A stretch of 64,000 bases of DNA from Candidatus Segetimicrobium genomatis (GTDB lineage Bacteria; Sysuimicrobiota; Sysuimicrobiia; Sysuimicrobiales; Kaftiobacteriaceae): positions 573 to 64,572 of the forward strand of contig VBAL01000114.1 of the NCBI GenBank assembly GCA_005888595.1, given 5' to 3'. This document shows, in pieces, positions 37,376-46,370 of the stretch (position 1 is the first letter of the stretch; each line of letters opens with the position of its first letter). A program made the position numbers and the translations under genes. The notes beneath the pieces were generated by a model, which had not been told where the DNA came from, made no database searches, and saw only the letters and a list, made by a program, of their open reading frames with translations.

Positions 37376-38236
37376 ATGACTTGGGAGTCTTCGATGCGAA
37401 CTGGCTGTGTCATCGCGCTTACGTTCCTGGTCCTGGCGGCTTCGGTCAGAGCCGGTCCGGTGGTCGCGGTGTCCGTTTCCCCGGCCGTCATTTCCCAAGG
37501 CGGCGCCGTCGTGGTAACAGTCACCGGCGATCTGCCGGACGGTACGCCGCAGGTGCGCTTTGCCGGCCGGACGTGGCCCCTCTACCGAGAATCCAACCGC
37601 TGGCGGACGTACCTGGGCACCGACCCCAACACCGCCGCGGGGTCGCGGGCGATCGTCGTCGAGCTCGTGGATCGTGACAGCATTCACGTACTCGCGCGCC
37701 GCATCATCACGGTGCGCCGCGTCGCCTTTCCCAGGCGCACCCTGATCTTCGACCCGGAGACGCTGGCGCTCCTGACTCCAGAGAAGGTGGCGGAGGAGCA
37801 AGCCAAAGTTGCTGCGGGGTTGCGCGTGTTGGAGCCCGCGCAGTTGTGGAGCGCGGCGTTTCGAATGCCCGTGGCAGGAACGATCACGTCGCCGTATGGG
37901 GTGATCAGCATCTATCAGGGCGCATCACACGGGTGGCATCACGGCATCGACATCGCCGCACCCGAGGGCGAGATCGTGCGCGCCGCCAACAGCGGCATCG
38001 TACGATTGGCCGAGCCGCTGCCGCTGAGCGGGAATACGGTGATCGTGGACCATGGCATGGGGATCCTGACCTTCTACATGCATATGTCCGCGCTGGACGT
38101 CACGGCTGGTGAGCGCGTCCACACGGGCGACATCGTCGGCCGCGTGGGCAGCACCGGCCTGGCGACCGGGCCGCACCTGCACTGGGGCGTGCGCGTGAAC
38201 GGTGTCTACGTCGATCCGCTGCTCTGGGCGCACTGA
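37376..38236 (+). CDS. M23-family metallopeptidase (LytM-like peptidoglycan endopeptidase), secreted
   Basis: Signal peptide. HHGIDIAAPEG (HxxxD) and GPHLHWGVRVNG (HxH) zinc-binding motifs. Confidence 0.8.
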   Translation: MTWESSMRTGCVIALTFLVLAASVRAGPVVAVSVSPAVISQGGAVVVTVTGDLPDGTPQVRFAGRTWPLYRESNRWRTYLGTDPNTAAGSRAIVVELVDRDSIHVLARRIITVRRVAFPRRTLIFDPETLALLTPEKVAEEQAKVAAGLRVLEPAQLWSAAFRMPVAGTITSPYGVISIYQGASHGWHHGIDIAAPEGEIVRAANSGIVRLAEPLPLSGNTVIVDHGMGILTFYMHMSALDVTAGERVHTGDIVGRVGSTGLATGPHLHWGVRVNGVYVDPLLWAH

Positions 38237-38276
38237 CGGTGCGCATGCGCCGGCGGGCGCGGCGAGAGGTGCGGGC

Positions 38277-38624
38277 GTGAGTCTCGCGTCCGTCAAGATC
38301 GAACGGCGTGACTCGGTCTCGGTCGCATATCTGCAGGGGGAAATTGACATGGCGAACGCGCCGGAGGTCAGCCGCCAGCTGTTCGGCGCTGCGCCAAACG
38401 ATGCGGTCGGGCTGATCGTGGATCTCTCCGGCGTGACCTATATGGACAGCCGCGGCCTGCATCTCCTGTTTGACCTCGCGGAGCGTTTGCACGTCCGCGA
38501 TCAAGTGCTGCACGTTGTCGTGCCGGCGGCGGCCTTGATCCGGAATATGTTGGTGCTGACGCAGTTCGGGTCCGTCGTCCCAATGTTTGCGACCGTGGAG
38601 GAGGCTGTTGACGAAATGCTCTGA
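38277..38624 (+). CDS. STAS-domain anti-sigma-factor antagonist (SpoIIAA-like)
   Basis: GTG 38277 (VSLASVKIERRDSVSVAYLQGEIDMANAPEV...DLSGVTYMDSRGLHLL). Conserved phosphorylatable Ser in DSRG context. ORF track start 38202 overlaps the peptidase. Confidence 0.7.
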   Translation: MSLASVKIERRDSVSVAYLQGEIDMANAPEVSRQLFGAAPNDAVGLIVDLSGVTYMDSRGLHLLFDLAERLHVRDQVLHVVVPAAALIRNMLVLTQFGSVVPMFATVEEAVDEML

Positions 38625-38681
38625 GCCGGCCGCGTCAACCGGTGAGGGGGTCAGGGCTCATGCCACTCGCCGAACCGCCGT

Positions 38682-39338
38682 TTAGTCGGGGAAGAACTCC
38701 GGGCCTCTGTTCTTGAAGCGGTTGATGAAATTGACGATCGCGGCCTCATCGTACTGGTCCAGTTTCATCAGGTGGGTCCAGGCGGCCACGGCAATGCGGC
38801 TGTCGTTCTTTGGACGCAGAGTGATGATGACCTTCGAGCGGTAGCGCCGGGACAGCGCCACCAGCTTGTTGATCACCTCAGTATCGTCCGCGCTCTTGAA
38901 GCTGATCCAGATCCCGCCGTGCTCCAGGTTGTGGACAACGAGTTCGTCGGGGAGTTCCCCGTTGTAGTAGCCCCACTCTGCAGGCTGTGGGAAGTGCCAG
39001 CCCGACGTCGGCGGGTCGGAGTTGTAGGACGGATGCTGCTGTCCGGGAAAGATGTGTTCCCGGCCCTGTTCGGGGTAGTCGATGACGTTGAGCTTCGGCT
39101 GTCCGGCCACGCCGGCGGTGGTCGATGTGGAGTTCGCTCGTACGGCGCCCCACACCACCCACGCCACGACACCCAGCACCAGCACGCCGGCGGCGGCGAA
39201 GATGCTCATCCTCCGGCGGCGGGCGCGTTCCTGCCGTTCCGTCTCCTCGGCCTTGCGCTGGTGTCGCGCCAGGCGGCGGAGTTCTTTCTTCCCCAACGGT
39301 CTGTCCACGGAATCCCTCGATCGCGCTACGTCTACCAT
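38682..39338 (-). CDS. membrane-anchored hypothetical protein (DUF3105-like)
   Basis: Basic N-terminus, one TM helix (IFAAAGVLVLGVVAWVVWGAV), extracytoplasmic domain with HNLEHGG motif. Family call from memory only. Confidence 0.5.
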   Translation of the reverse strand: MVDVARSRDSVDRPLGKKELRRLARHQRKAEETERQERARRRRMSIFAAAGVLVLGVVAWVVWGAVRANSTSTTAGVAGQPKLNVIDYPEQGREHIFPGQQHPSYNSDPPTSGWHFPQPAEWGYYNGELPDELVVHNLEHGGIWISFKSADDTEVINKLVALSRRYRSKVIITLRPKNDSRIAVAAWTHLMKLDQYDEAAIVNFINRFKNRGPEFFPD

Positions 39339-39501
39339 GTCTTCCAGGTCTACTGCGTCACTTTCCTCCGAGGCTCTTTAGGTAGACTCGGGAGACATGG
39401 CAGACCTGGTAGACGCAGTCGCCAATGGGAACAGTCTGTCAGAAACTGCGGGTCGAATCAACGGCGGGGAAAAGCCGGCGCGGCCTGGAACTTGGGTTCT
39501 G

Positions 39502-41268
39502 ATGGTCATCCGTAGCGTGGTCAAGCCAAGCGCCTACTTTGACTCGGTGACGCTCATGCTCGTGCAGCGCGAAGTGCGCCAGCTTCCAGATGTTGAGGAA
39601 GCCGGCGCGGTGATGGGTACGGACGCCAACAAAGAACTGCTGCGCGACGCCGGCCTGCTGACATCTGAGGCACAGGCTGCGCGGCCCGACGATCTGATCC
39701 TTGCCGTGCGAGCCGGCAGTGGCGAGGTGGCGTTCGCCGCGCTCCGGACGGCTGAAACACTGCTCGTGCAGCGGCGTGAGACCGCGGCCACCGGCACCTA
39801 CCGGCCTAAGACTGTCGCATCGGCGGTCCGGATGCTGCCCGGCGCCAACCTGGCGCTCATCTCGGTGCCCGGCCGTTTTGCGGCGGGGGTGGCGAGAGAT
39901 GCGCTGGCCGCCGGGCTGCACGTCATGCTGTTCAGCGATAACGTGACTCTTGATGCCGAGATCGAGCTCAAGCAGACGGCGACGGCACGCGGGCTGCTGA
40001 TGATGGGACCAGACTGCGGGACCGCGATCATCGGCGGCACGGGTCTGGGATTTGCCAACCGTGTGCGCCGTGGCACGATCGGGATTGTCGGAGCGGCCGG
40101 CACGGGCATCCAGGAGGTGGCGTCGCTGGTGCACCGCGGGGGCGCGGGGATATCGCACGCGATCGGAACCGGCGGCCGCGACGTCAGCCGGGCGGTAGGG
40201 GGCCTGACTGCGCTAGTGGGTCTCACGGCGCTGGCCGCCGATCCCGGGACAGAGGTCGTCGTCCTCATCTCAAAGCCACCGGCATCCGAGGTCGCCGGAC
40301 GGCTGCTGGGTGCGGCACGGCATCTCCGCAAACCAGTCGTGATCAATTTCGTCGGGGCATCGGTGGCCAATGACGGGCCCCTGCACGGCGCGCACACGCT
40401 GGAAGAGGCGGCATCCCAGGCGGTGACCCTGGTGACCGGGGCGCCGCCCCACTGGCCTGAGTGGGAAGCGCTGCCGGCGCAGGAAGCCGGCCGGCTCGCG
40501 CCCACGCAGAAATTCATGCGCGGATTGTACAGCGGCGGCACGTTGTGCTATGAGGCCCTGATCCTGCTGCAGCGGTATGTCGGGCCGGTGTATTCGAACA
40601 CGCCGCTGGATCCAGACTATGCGCTGGAGTCGGCGACGCGCAGCCGGGCGCACACCGTGATCGATATGGGCAGCGACGAATTCACCGTGGGCCGCCTCCA
40701 TCCGATGCTAGATCCAGAACTGCGCCACCGGCGGTTGCTTCGCGAGGCGGACGATCCGGAGGTCGCGGTCATCCTGCTCGACGTGGTGCTGGGCCACGGG
40801 GCGCACCCGGACCCGGCCCGGGACCTGGCCCCGGTGATCCGGCAGGCGCGCGAGCGCGCACGGAGAGACGGCCGCTGGCTCCCGGTGGTGGTCTCCGTGT
40901 GCGGCACCGATGAAGACCCGCAGGGATACGAGGCCCAGGTGGCGGCGCTCCTCGACGCCGGCGCCACGGTGCAGGCGTCGAATGCGCGGGCGGTCCGCCT
41001 GGCTGGCCTGATTGCGGAAGCCGCAGGAAGCAAAGGCAGCCCGCGCCCGCCGCTGGCAATCCCCGTCCCGTCGCAGCCGCAGTCGCTGCCGGATGCCACG
41101 CATGTTCTCCAGTTACTCAGCGGTCCGCCGCGCGTCATCAACGTCGGCCTGGAGTTGTTTGCGGAGAGTCTGATCACCCAGGGCGCGGAAACCCTGATGG
41201 TGGACTGGCACCCGCCGGCCGGAGGCAAGCAGAAGTTCATTGACTTGCTGGACAAACTTGATGCCTGA
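39502..41268 (+). CDS. fdrA: FdrA-family protein (CoA-binding, succinyl-CoA-synthetase-alpha-like; AllF-type)
   Basis: ATG 39502 (MVIRSVVKPSAYFDSVTLML) matches the FdrA N-terminus pattern. CoA-binding Rossmann (GIVGAAGTGIQE) and ligase-CoA domain. ORF track start 39397 is an N-extension. Confidence 0.7.
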   Translation: MVIRSVVKPSAYFDSVTLMLVQREVRQLPDVEEAGAVMGTDANKELLRDAGLLTSEAQAARPDDLILAVRAGSGEVAFAALRTAETLLVQRRETAATGTYRPKTVASAVRMLPGANLALISVPGRFAAGVARDALAAGLHVMLFSDNVTLDAEIELKQTATARGLLMMGPDCGTAIIGGTGLGFANRVRRGTIGIVGAAGTGIQEVASLVHRGGAGISHAIGTGGRDVSRAVGGLTALVGLTALAADPGTEVVVLISKPPASEVAGRLLGAARHLRKPVVINFVGASVANDGPLHGAHTLEEAASQAVTLVTGAPPHWPEWEALPAQEAGRLAPTQKFMRGLYSGGTLCYEALILLQRYVGPVYSNTPLDPDYALESATRSRAHTVIDMGSDEFTVGRLHPMLDPELRHRRLLREADDPEVAVILLDVVLGHGAHPDPARDLAPVIRQARERARRDGRWLPVVVSVCGTDEDPQGYEAQVAALLDAGATVQASNARAVRLAGLIAEAAGSKGSPRPPLAIPVPSQPQSLPDATHVLQLLSGPPRVINVGLELFAESLITQGAETLMVDWHPPAGGKQKFIDLLDKLDA

Positions 41269-41269
41269 C

Positions 41270-41362
41270 GGAATTTCGGATTGCGGATTTCGAATTGCGG
41301 ATTTGAACGGCCGGGGATTTCAATCCGCAATCCACAATCCGCAATCCGAAATCGGGAGTGCG
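41270..41362. promoter_or_regulatory. large imperfect hairpin built from ATTGCGGATT-type repeats between fdrA stop and the DUF1116 gene start
   Basis: Left arm ATTTCGGATTGCGGATTTCGAATTGCGGATTT (41274-41305), loop TGAACGGCCGGGG, right arm ATTTCAATCCGCAATCCACAATCCGCAATCCGAAAT (41319-41353). Followed by GGGAGTG RBS and ATG 41365. Confidence 0.7.
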
Positions 41363-41364
41363 TG

Positions 41365-42603
41365 ATGACCATAGACGAAGCCAACCAACTCGCCGTGAAG
41401 CGCATTCTGGACAGCCAGCCCATCCTGGTCGGGATTGCGCCCGCCGCGGAGATGATCCCCGGGATGCGGCGCAATCTGATCCTCCACGCCGGACCGCCCA
41501 TCACCTGGGACCGGATGTCGGGACCTCTTCGCGGTGCAGTCATCGGCGGGCTGATCTTCGAGGGGCTGGCCACGGATGAATCGGGCGCCGTGCGGCTGGT
41601 GGAGCAGAAGCACGTGCAGTTCGCGCCATGCCACCACCATGGCGCCGTCGGGCCGATGGCCGGCGTCACAACCGCGTCGATGCCCGTGTATGTGATCGAG
41701 AACCGGGCGTTTGGCACCCGCGCCTATTCCAACCTCAACGAAGGCTACGGAAAAGTGCTGCGCTACGGGGCATATGGCGAAGAGGTGCTGGCCCGGCTGC
41801 GCTGGCTCCGCGACGTCTACGCGCCCATCATGGGCAAAGCGCTGGAACGGTCAGGCGGGCTGGACATGAAGAGCCTCATCGCTCAACAGATCCAGATGGG
41901 TGACGAGGGACACAATCGCAACAAAGCCGGAACGGCGCTGTTCGCCCGCCTGCTGGCTCCGCACCTGGCGCGCACGGGGACGCGCACGGATGACCTGGCC
42001 GCCGTGCTGACTTATCTCGCGGAGAATGATCTGGCGGTGCTCAACCCTGTGATGGCCGCCTGCAAAGCGTCCATGGATGCCGCGCACGGGATCGCTGGGA
42101 GCACCGTGGTGACGTGCATGGCGCGCAACGGGACCGAGTTCGGCATCCGCGTCAGCGGCCTGCCGGACGCCTGGTTTACGGCGCCGGCAGAGATTCCGGT
42201 CGGGCTGTTCTTCCCCGGTTTCACCCAGGACGACGCCAACCCGGATATCGGCGACAGCACGATCACCGAAACGGCCGGCATCGGCGCATTCGCGATGGCC
42301 GCCGCGCCGGCGATCGTGAAGTTTGTGGGCGGAACCCCGTCGATGGCGGTGGAGTCCACGCTGGAAATGTACGAGATCACCGTCGCGGAAAACCCCGCCT
42401 TTGGCATCCCGCAGCTGGATTTTCGCGGTACACCCACCGGGATCGATATCCGCAAGGTCGTGCGTACCGGGATCACCCCCCGCGTCAATACCGGCATCGC
42501 CCACCGCAAGGCGGGAGTCGGGCAGATCGGGGCCGGGTTGGTGCGGCCGCCGATGGCGTGCTTCGAGCGGGCGGTGGAGGCGTTTGCCGCCACACTCGCG
42601 TGA
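41365..42603 (+). CDS. DUF1116-domain protein (YlbE/AllG-like partner of FdrA)
   Basis: ATG 41365 (MTIDEANQLAVKRILDSQPILVGIAPAAEMIPGM). 412 aa. Co-located downstream of fdrA as in fdrA-ylbE clusters. Family call by recollection of DUF1116 architecture. Confidence 0.6.
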   Translation: MTIDEANQLAVKRILDSQPILVGIAPAAEMIPGMRRNLILHAGPPITWDRMSGPLRGAVIGGLIFEGLATDESGAVRLVEQKHVQFAPCHHHGAVGPMAGVTTASMPVYVIENRAFGTRAYSNLNEGYGKVLRYGAYGEEVLARLRWLRDVYAPIMGKALERSGGLDMKSLIAQQIQMGDEGHNRNKAGTALFARLLAPHLARTGTRTDDLAAVLTYLAENDLAVLNPVMAACKASMDAAHGIAGSTVVTCMARNGTEFGIRVSGLPDAWFTAPAEIPVGLFFPGFTQDDANPDIGDSTITETAGIGAFAMAAAPAIVKFVGGTPSMAVESTLEMYEITVAENPAFGIPQLDFRGTPTGIDIRKVVRTGITPRVNTGIAHRKAGVGQIGAGLVRPPMACFERAVEAFAATLA

Positions 42604-42703
42604 GCCGGCCTTACTCCAAGGCCGTGGACAGGAGCGCGCTCGCGGGCGTCGTACCGTTGTAGGGACCCCGTTCTGACGTCCACCACCGAGGGAGGGACTG
42701 TCT

Positions 42704-44335
42704 ATGCACGGATCGCATGCGCCGGGCCGCCGGCCGGAGCTCCGCATCGTGGCGGTGCTTGTGACCGGTCTGCTATTCTGGTTGCTGTCGGCTCCGCTGG
42801 GAGCCCAGCAGCCCCGAACCGGCGGTACACTGACCTTTATCGTCTCGGCGGAGCCGCCATCGTTTGACGCCCACCGCGAAGTGACCTTCGCGCTGATCCA
42901 TCCGGCTCGTCCACACTACAACCTGCTCGTAAAGTTTGATCCGCTGAATTATCCGAAGGTCGTCCCCGATCTCGCGGAGAGCTGGACGATCTCGCCCGAC
43001 GGGACGACATACACGTTCAAGATTCGCCGCGGCGTGCGCTTCCATGACGGCAGCGTGCTCACCTCGCGCGACATCAAGGCCTCCTACGACAAGATCATCT
43101 TCCCCAAGGGCGATGTGATCAGCGTCAGGCAGGGGGCCTACACGATGGTGGCGTCGGTCGAGGCCGCCGATCCGACCACGGTGGTGTTCCGGCTCAAGTG
43201 GAAGGCGCCGTCGTTCCTGCAGGACGTGGCGTCGCCGTGGAACTGGATCTACAAAGCGGACATTATCGAGAAAGATCCCCACTGGTACGAGCGCAACATC
43301 ATGGGCACGGGTCCTTTCAAGTTCGTGGAGTATGTCCGCGGCTCACACTGGGTGGGCGCGCGGAATGAGGATTATTGGGTGAGAGGCCGGCCCTACCTGG
43401 ACGGCTATCGCGCGGTGTTCATCGGCAATGCGGCGGCACAGGTAAACGCCATCAAGAGCGGTCAGGCCCTGGTGGAGTTTCGCGGGTTCTCCCCGCCGCA
43501 GCGCGATGACGTCGTCCGCACGCTGGGCAGCGGGGCCACGGTACAGGAGAGCGGCTGGTTGTGCAACAACACCGTCGTCTTCAATTCCAGACACAGGCCC
43601 TTCGATGATGCACGCTTCCGCAAGGCCCTCTCGCTGGCGATCGACCGCTGGGGCGGGAGCACCGCCCTCTCCCAGATCGCGTTCGTTGGGCCGGTGGGCG
43701 GCCTGTTGCGACCCGAGGGCCCGTTCGCGACTCCCCAGGCCGAGCTGGAGAAACTCGCCGGCTACGGCCGCGATATCGCCGCCGCACGCGCCGAGGCCAA
43801 GAAGTTACTGGCGGAAGCCGGAGTCCCCGAAGGATTCGAGTTCAACCTGCTCAATCGCAACGTGGAGATGCCGTACCGGTACGTGGCCGTCTTCCTGATC
43901 GATCAGTGGCGGCAGATCGGTCTGAAGGTGAACCACGTGGTGAAGGAGACCGGCCCGTACCTCGCCGATGAGCGCGCGGGAAACTTCGACGCGGCCGTGG
44001 ACTTCAACTGTGACTTCTACGACGATCCGGACCTGCAGCTGGTGAAATTCCTCTCCGTGGAGCTGCCTAACGGGAGCGTCAATGGTCTCAACTACGGAGG
44101 GTACATCGATCGAACCCTGGACCGTCTGTACGATGAGCAGAGCCGGACCGAAGACGCTGCCCGCCGGATCACGGTAGTGCGACAGTTCGAGAAACGGCTG
44201 CTGGACGAGAAGGTGTGGCAAATCTACGTACTCTGGTGGAAGCGCATCATTCCGCATTCCACCAAACTGCACGGATATAAGGTCGGTCCCTCGCACTACC
44301 TTGAAGACCTGCAGGACGTGTGGATCTCCGAGTGA
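42704..44335 (+). CDS. ABC transporter substrate-binding protein, family 5 (peptide/nickel/oligosaccharide DppA/OppA-like)
   Basis: 543 aa. Signal/TM. SBP_bac_5 fold hallmarks. Followed by DppB/DppC-like permeases. Confidence 0.8.
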   Translation: MHGSHAPGRRPELRIVAVLVTGLLFWLLSAPLGAQQPRTGGTLTFIVSAEPPSFDAHREVTFALIHPARPHYNLLVKFDPLNYPKVVPDLAESWTISPDGTTYTFKIRRGVRFHDGSVLTSRDIKASYDKIIFPKGDVISVRQGAYTMVASVEAADPTTVVFRLKWKAPSFLQDVASPWNWIYKADIIEKDPHWYERNIMGTGPFKFVEYVRGSHWVGARNEDYWVRGRPYLDGYRAVFIGNAAAQVNAIKSGQALVEFRGFSPPQRDDVVRTLGSGATVQESGWLCNNTVVFNSRHRPFDDARFRKALSLAIDRWGGSTALSQIAFVGPVGGLLRPEGPFATPQAELEKLAGYGRDIAAARAEAKKLLAEAGVPEGFEFNLLNRNVEMPYRYVAVFLIDQWRQIGLKVNHVVKETGPYLADERAGNFDAAVDFNCDFYDDPDLQLVKFLSVELPNGSVNGLNYGGYIDRTLDRLYDEQSRTEDAARRITVVRQFEKRLLDEKVWQIYVLWWKRIIPHSTKLHGYKVGPSHYLEDLQDVWISE

Positions 44336-44410
44336 CTATCACGATGGTAATCCGGCGCCGGGGGTGGGGGCGATCCCCTCCCGGCGCGGTGGGTCCCGGG
44401 GACGGCTGAC

Positions 44411-45364
44411 GTGGCCCGCTACCTGACACGCCGGCTCCTGCTCATGATTCCCACGCTGCTGGTCGTGGCGGTGATCATCTTTGTCCTGGTGCGCGTGATC
44501 CCCGGGGACATCGTCGAGCTCCGGCTCGTCAGCGGCGGCAGCTTCGTGACCGCAAGTGTGATCGAGGCAGAGCGGGCCCGCCTCGGGCTGAACAAACCCA
44601 TCTGGCGGCAGTTTGTCGACTGGATGGGCGGCCTCCCGCGATTCGATCTGGGCACGTCCATGTGGACGGCGGCGCCGATCGCCAAGGAGATTGCCCTCCG
44701 CTTCCAACTCAGCCTGCAGCTGGCGATCATGTCCACCCTCATCGCGGTGACGCTGGCCCTCCCCTTGGGGATCGCGGCAGCGGTGCGCCGGGGCACCTGG
44801 GTGGACCACCTGGTGCAGATCCTCAGCGTGGCGGGGCTGGCCACCCCCTCGTTCTGGCTCGGTATCTTACTGCTGCTGTTCCTCCTCTCGAATTTCCACT
44901 GGCTGCCTCCGCTGACATTCACGCCGCTGTGGGTGGACCCGAAGGCAAACCTCTTGCAACTCATCTGGCCGGCCCTGGCGGTCGGCTACCGCTATTCGGC
45001 CGTGACCACGAGGATGACGCGCTCAGCGATGCTGGAGGTGCTGCAGGAGGACTATGTCCGCACAGCTTGGGCGAAGGGATTGGCCCAGCGGGTGATCGTC
45101 ATCCGGCATGCCCTGCGGAACGCCATGTTGCCGGTGGTGACGGTGATCGGCCTGGAGTTCGCCTTCCTCATCGGTGGACTGGTGGTGACCGAGCAGGTGT
45201 TTAACCTGAACGGCATTGGGAAGCTGTTCGTGGATGCCATCGCCCGCCGCGACTACACCATGATCCAGGGGTTGCTGCTGCTCGTGGCCACCGTCTATAT
45301 CGTGGTCAACTTCCTCATCGAGTTGTTGTACGTCTGGCTCGACCCGCGGGTCAGTTATGGCTAG
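44411..45364 (+). CDS. ABC transporter permease (DppB-like)
   Basis: N-terminal MARYLTRRLLLMIPTLLVVAVIIFVL typical DppB start. 6 TM helices. EAA loop. Confidence 0.85.
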   Translation: MARYLTRRLLLMIPTLLVVAVIIFVLVRVIPGDIVELRLVSGGSFVTASVIEAERARLGLNKPIWRQFVDWMGGLPRFDLGTSMWTAAPIAKEIALRFQLSLQLAIMSTLIAVTLALPLGIAAAVRRGTWVDHLVQILSVAGLATPSFWLGILLLLFLLSNFHWLPPLTFTPLWVDPKANLLQLIWPALAVGYRYSAVTTRMTRSAMLEVLQEDYVRTAWAKGLAQRVIVIRHALRNAMLPVVTVIGLEFAFLIGGLVVTEQVFNLNGIGKLFVDAIARRDYTMIQGLLLLVATVYIVVNFLIELLYVWLDPRVSYG

Positions 45365-46259
45365 CGGCGTGCGCGCCGTGGCGCAGGCGCGCGGTCCCGC
45401 CGTGGCGGCGGGTCGCCGGGTCCAGCGTCGGTGGCTGGCGAGGTTTGCGCGCCGGTATCCGTTGGGGGCCATGGCTGGCATCGCCATTCTGGGTCTGACG
45501 GTGTTCGCGGGGCTGGCCAACCATCTGGCGCCCTACGATCCGCTGGCGAACGATTTCGGCACCATGTTTGCCGCCCCCGGCGCCCGTCATTGGTTCGGCA
45601 CCGATGCATTCGGCCGCGATGTCCTCAGCCGCATCCTCTATGGCGCGCGCACCGCGCTGCTGGTCGGGTTTGCGGCGTCGCTGGTGGGCGCGACGATTGG
45701 GGGGACCGTGGGGGTCGCGGCCGCCTATTTCGGTGGAACCACTGACCTGATCATCCAGCGTCTGGCGGACATCATGATTTCGTTTCCCATCATCATCCTG
45801 GCGCTGGCGATCGTGGCCATCCTTGGCTCTGGGACGTTCAATCTCGTTGCCGCGATCGCGGTGTCCTTTGTGCCCCGCATTGAACTCGTCGTGCGGGCGA
45901 GCGCATTATCGGTCCGCGAAACCACGTATGTGGAGGCGGCCCGGGCCATCGGCGCCCGGCACTGGCGGATCGTGTTCCGGCACATGGTCCCCAACGTCAC
46001 CGCGCCCTATCTTGTCATGCTCACGGCGTTCCTGGGGCAGGCCATCCTGCTGGAGGCCTCGTTGAGCTTTCTGGGGCTGGGGGTGAACGAGCCAACGCCG
46101 GCGTGGGGGCTGATGCTCTCCGGCGCGGCGGTAGAGTTCGTCCAGCGTGCGCCGTGGATGGCCATCTTCCCCGGACTGGCGATCACGTTCACGGTCCTGG
46201 CGTTCAACGTGCTCGGCGACTCCCTGCGGGACGCCCTGGATCCCCGCCTGAGAATCTAA
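45357..46259 (+). CDS. ABC transporter permease (DppC-like)
   Basis: HWFGTDAFGRDVLSRILYGAR DppC N-terminal signature. 6 TM helices. 8-nt overlap with dppB-like gene. Confidence 0.85.
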   Translation: MASGVRAVAQARGPAVAAGRRVQRRWLARFARRYPLGAMAGIAILGLTVFAGLANHLAPYDPLANDFGTMFAAPGARHWFGTDAFGRDVLSRILYGARTALLVGFAASLVGATIGGTVGVAAAYFGGTTDLIIQRLADIMISFPIIILALAIVAILGSGTFNLVAAIAVSFVPRIELVVRASALSVRETTYVEAARAIGARHWRIVFRHMVPNVTAPYLVMLTAFLGQAILLEASLSFLGLGVNEPTPAWGLMLSGAAVEFVQRAPWMAIFPGLAITFTVLAFNVLGDSLRDALDPRLRI

Positions 46260-46370
46260 GACTCTGAACTTCGGGCCAGTTAGCTCAATTGAGTCAATGT
46301 CTGCTCGGGGCCTGTCCCCTTCAACCCTACGATCCACGAGGCATTTGCGCGGTGGCATAGCTCATCTGAG

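Noticed and set aside
41281-42603. ORF-track start at 41281 for the DUF1116 gene (N-terminal MRISNCGFERPGISIRNPQSAIRNREC)
   Set aside because: The extension is a translation of the intergenic repeat hairpin. An RBS plus ATG at 41365 follows the hairpin and matches the expected protein N-terminus.
44355-44395. Rho-independent terminator after the family-5 SBP gene
   Set aside because: A GC-rich imperfect hairpin is present but with no downstream U-tract. It is kept only as a comment, not as a feature.
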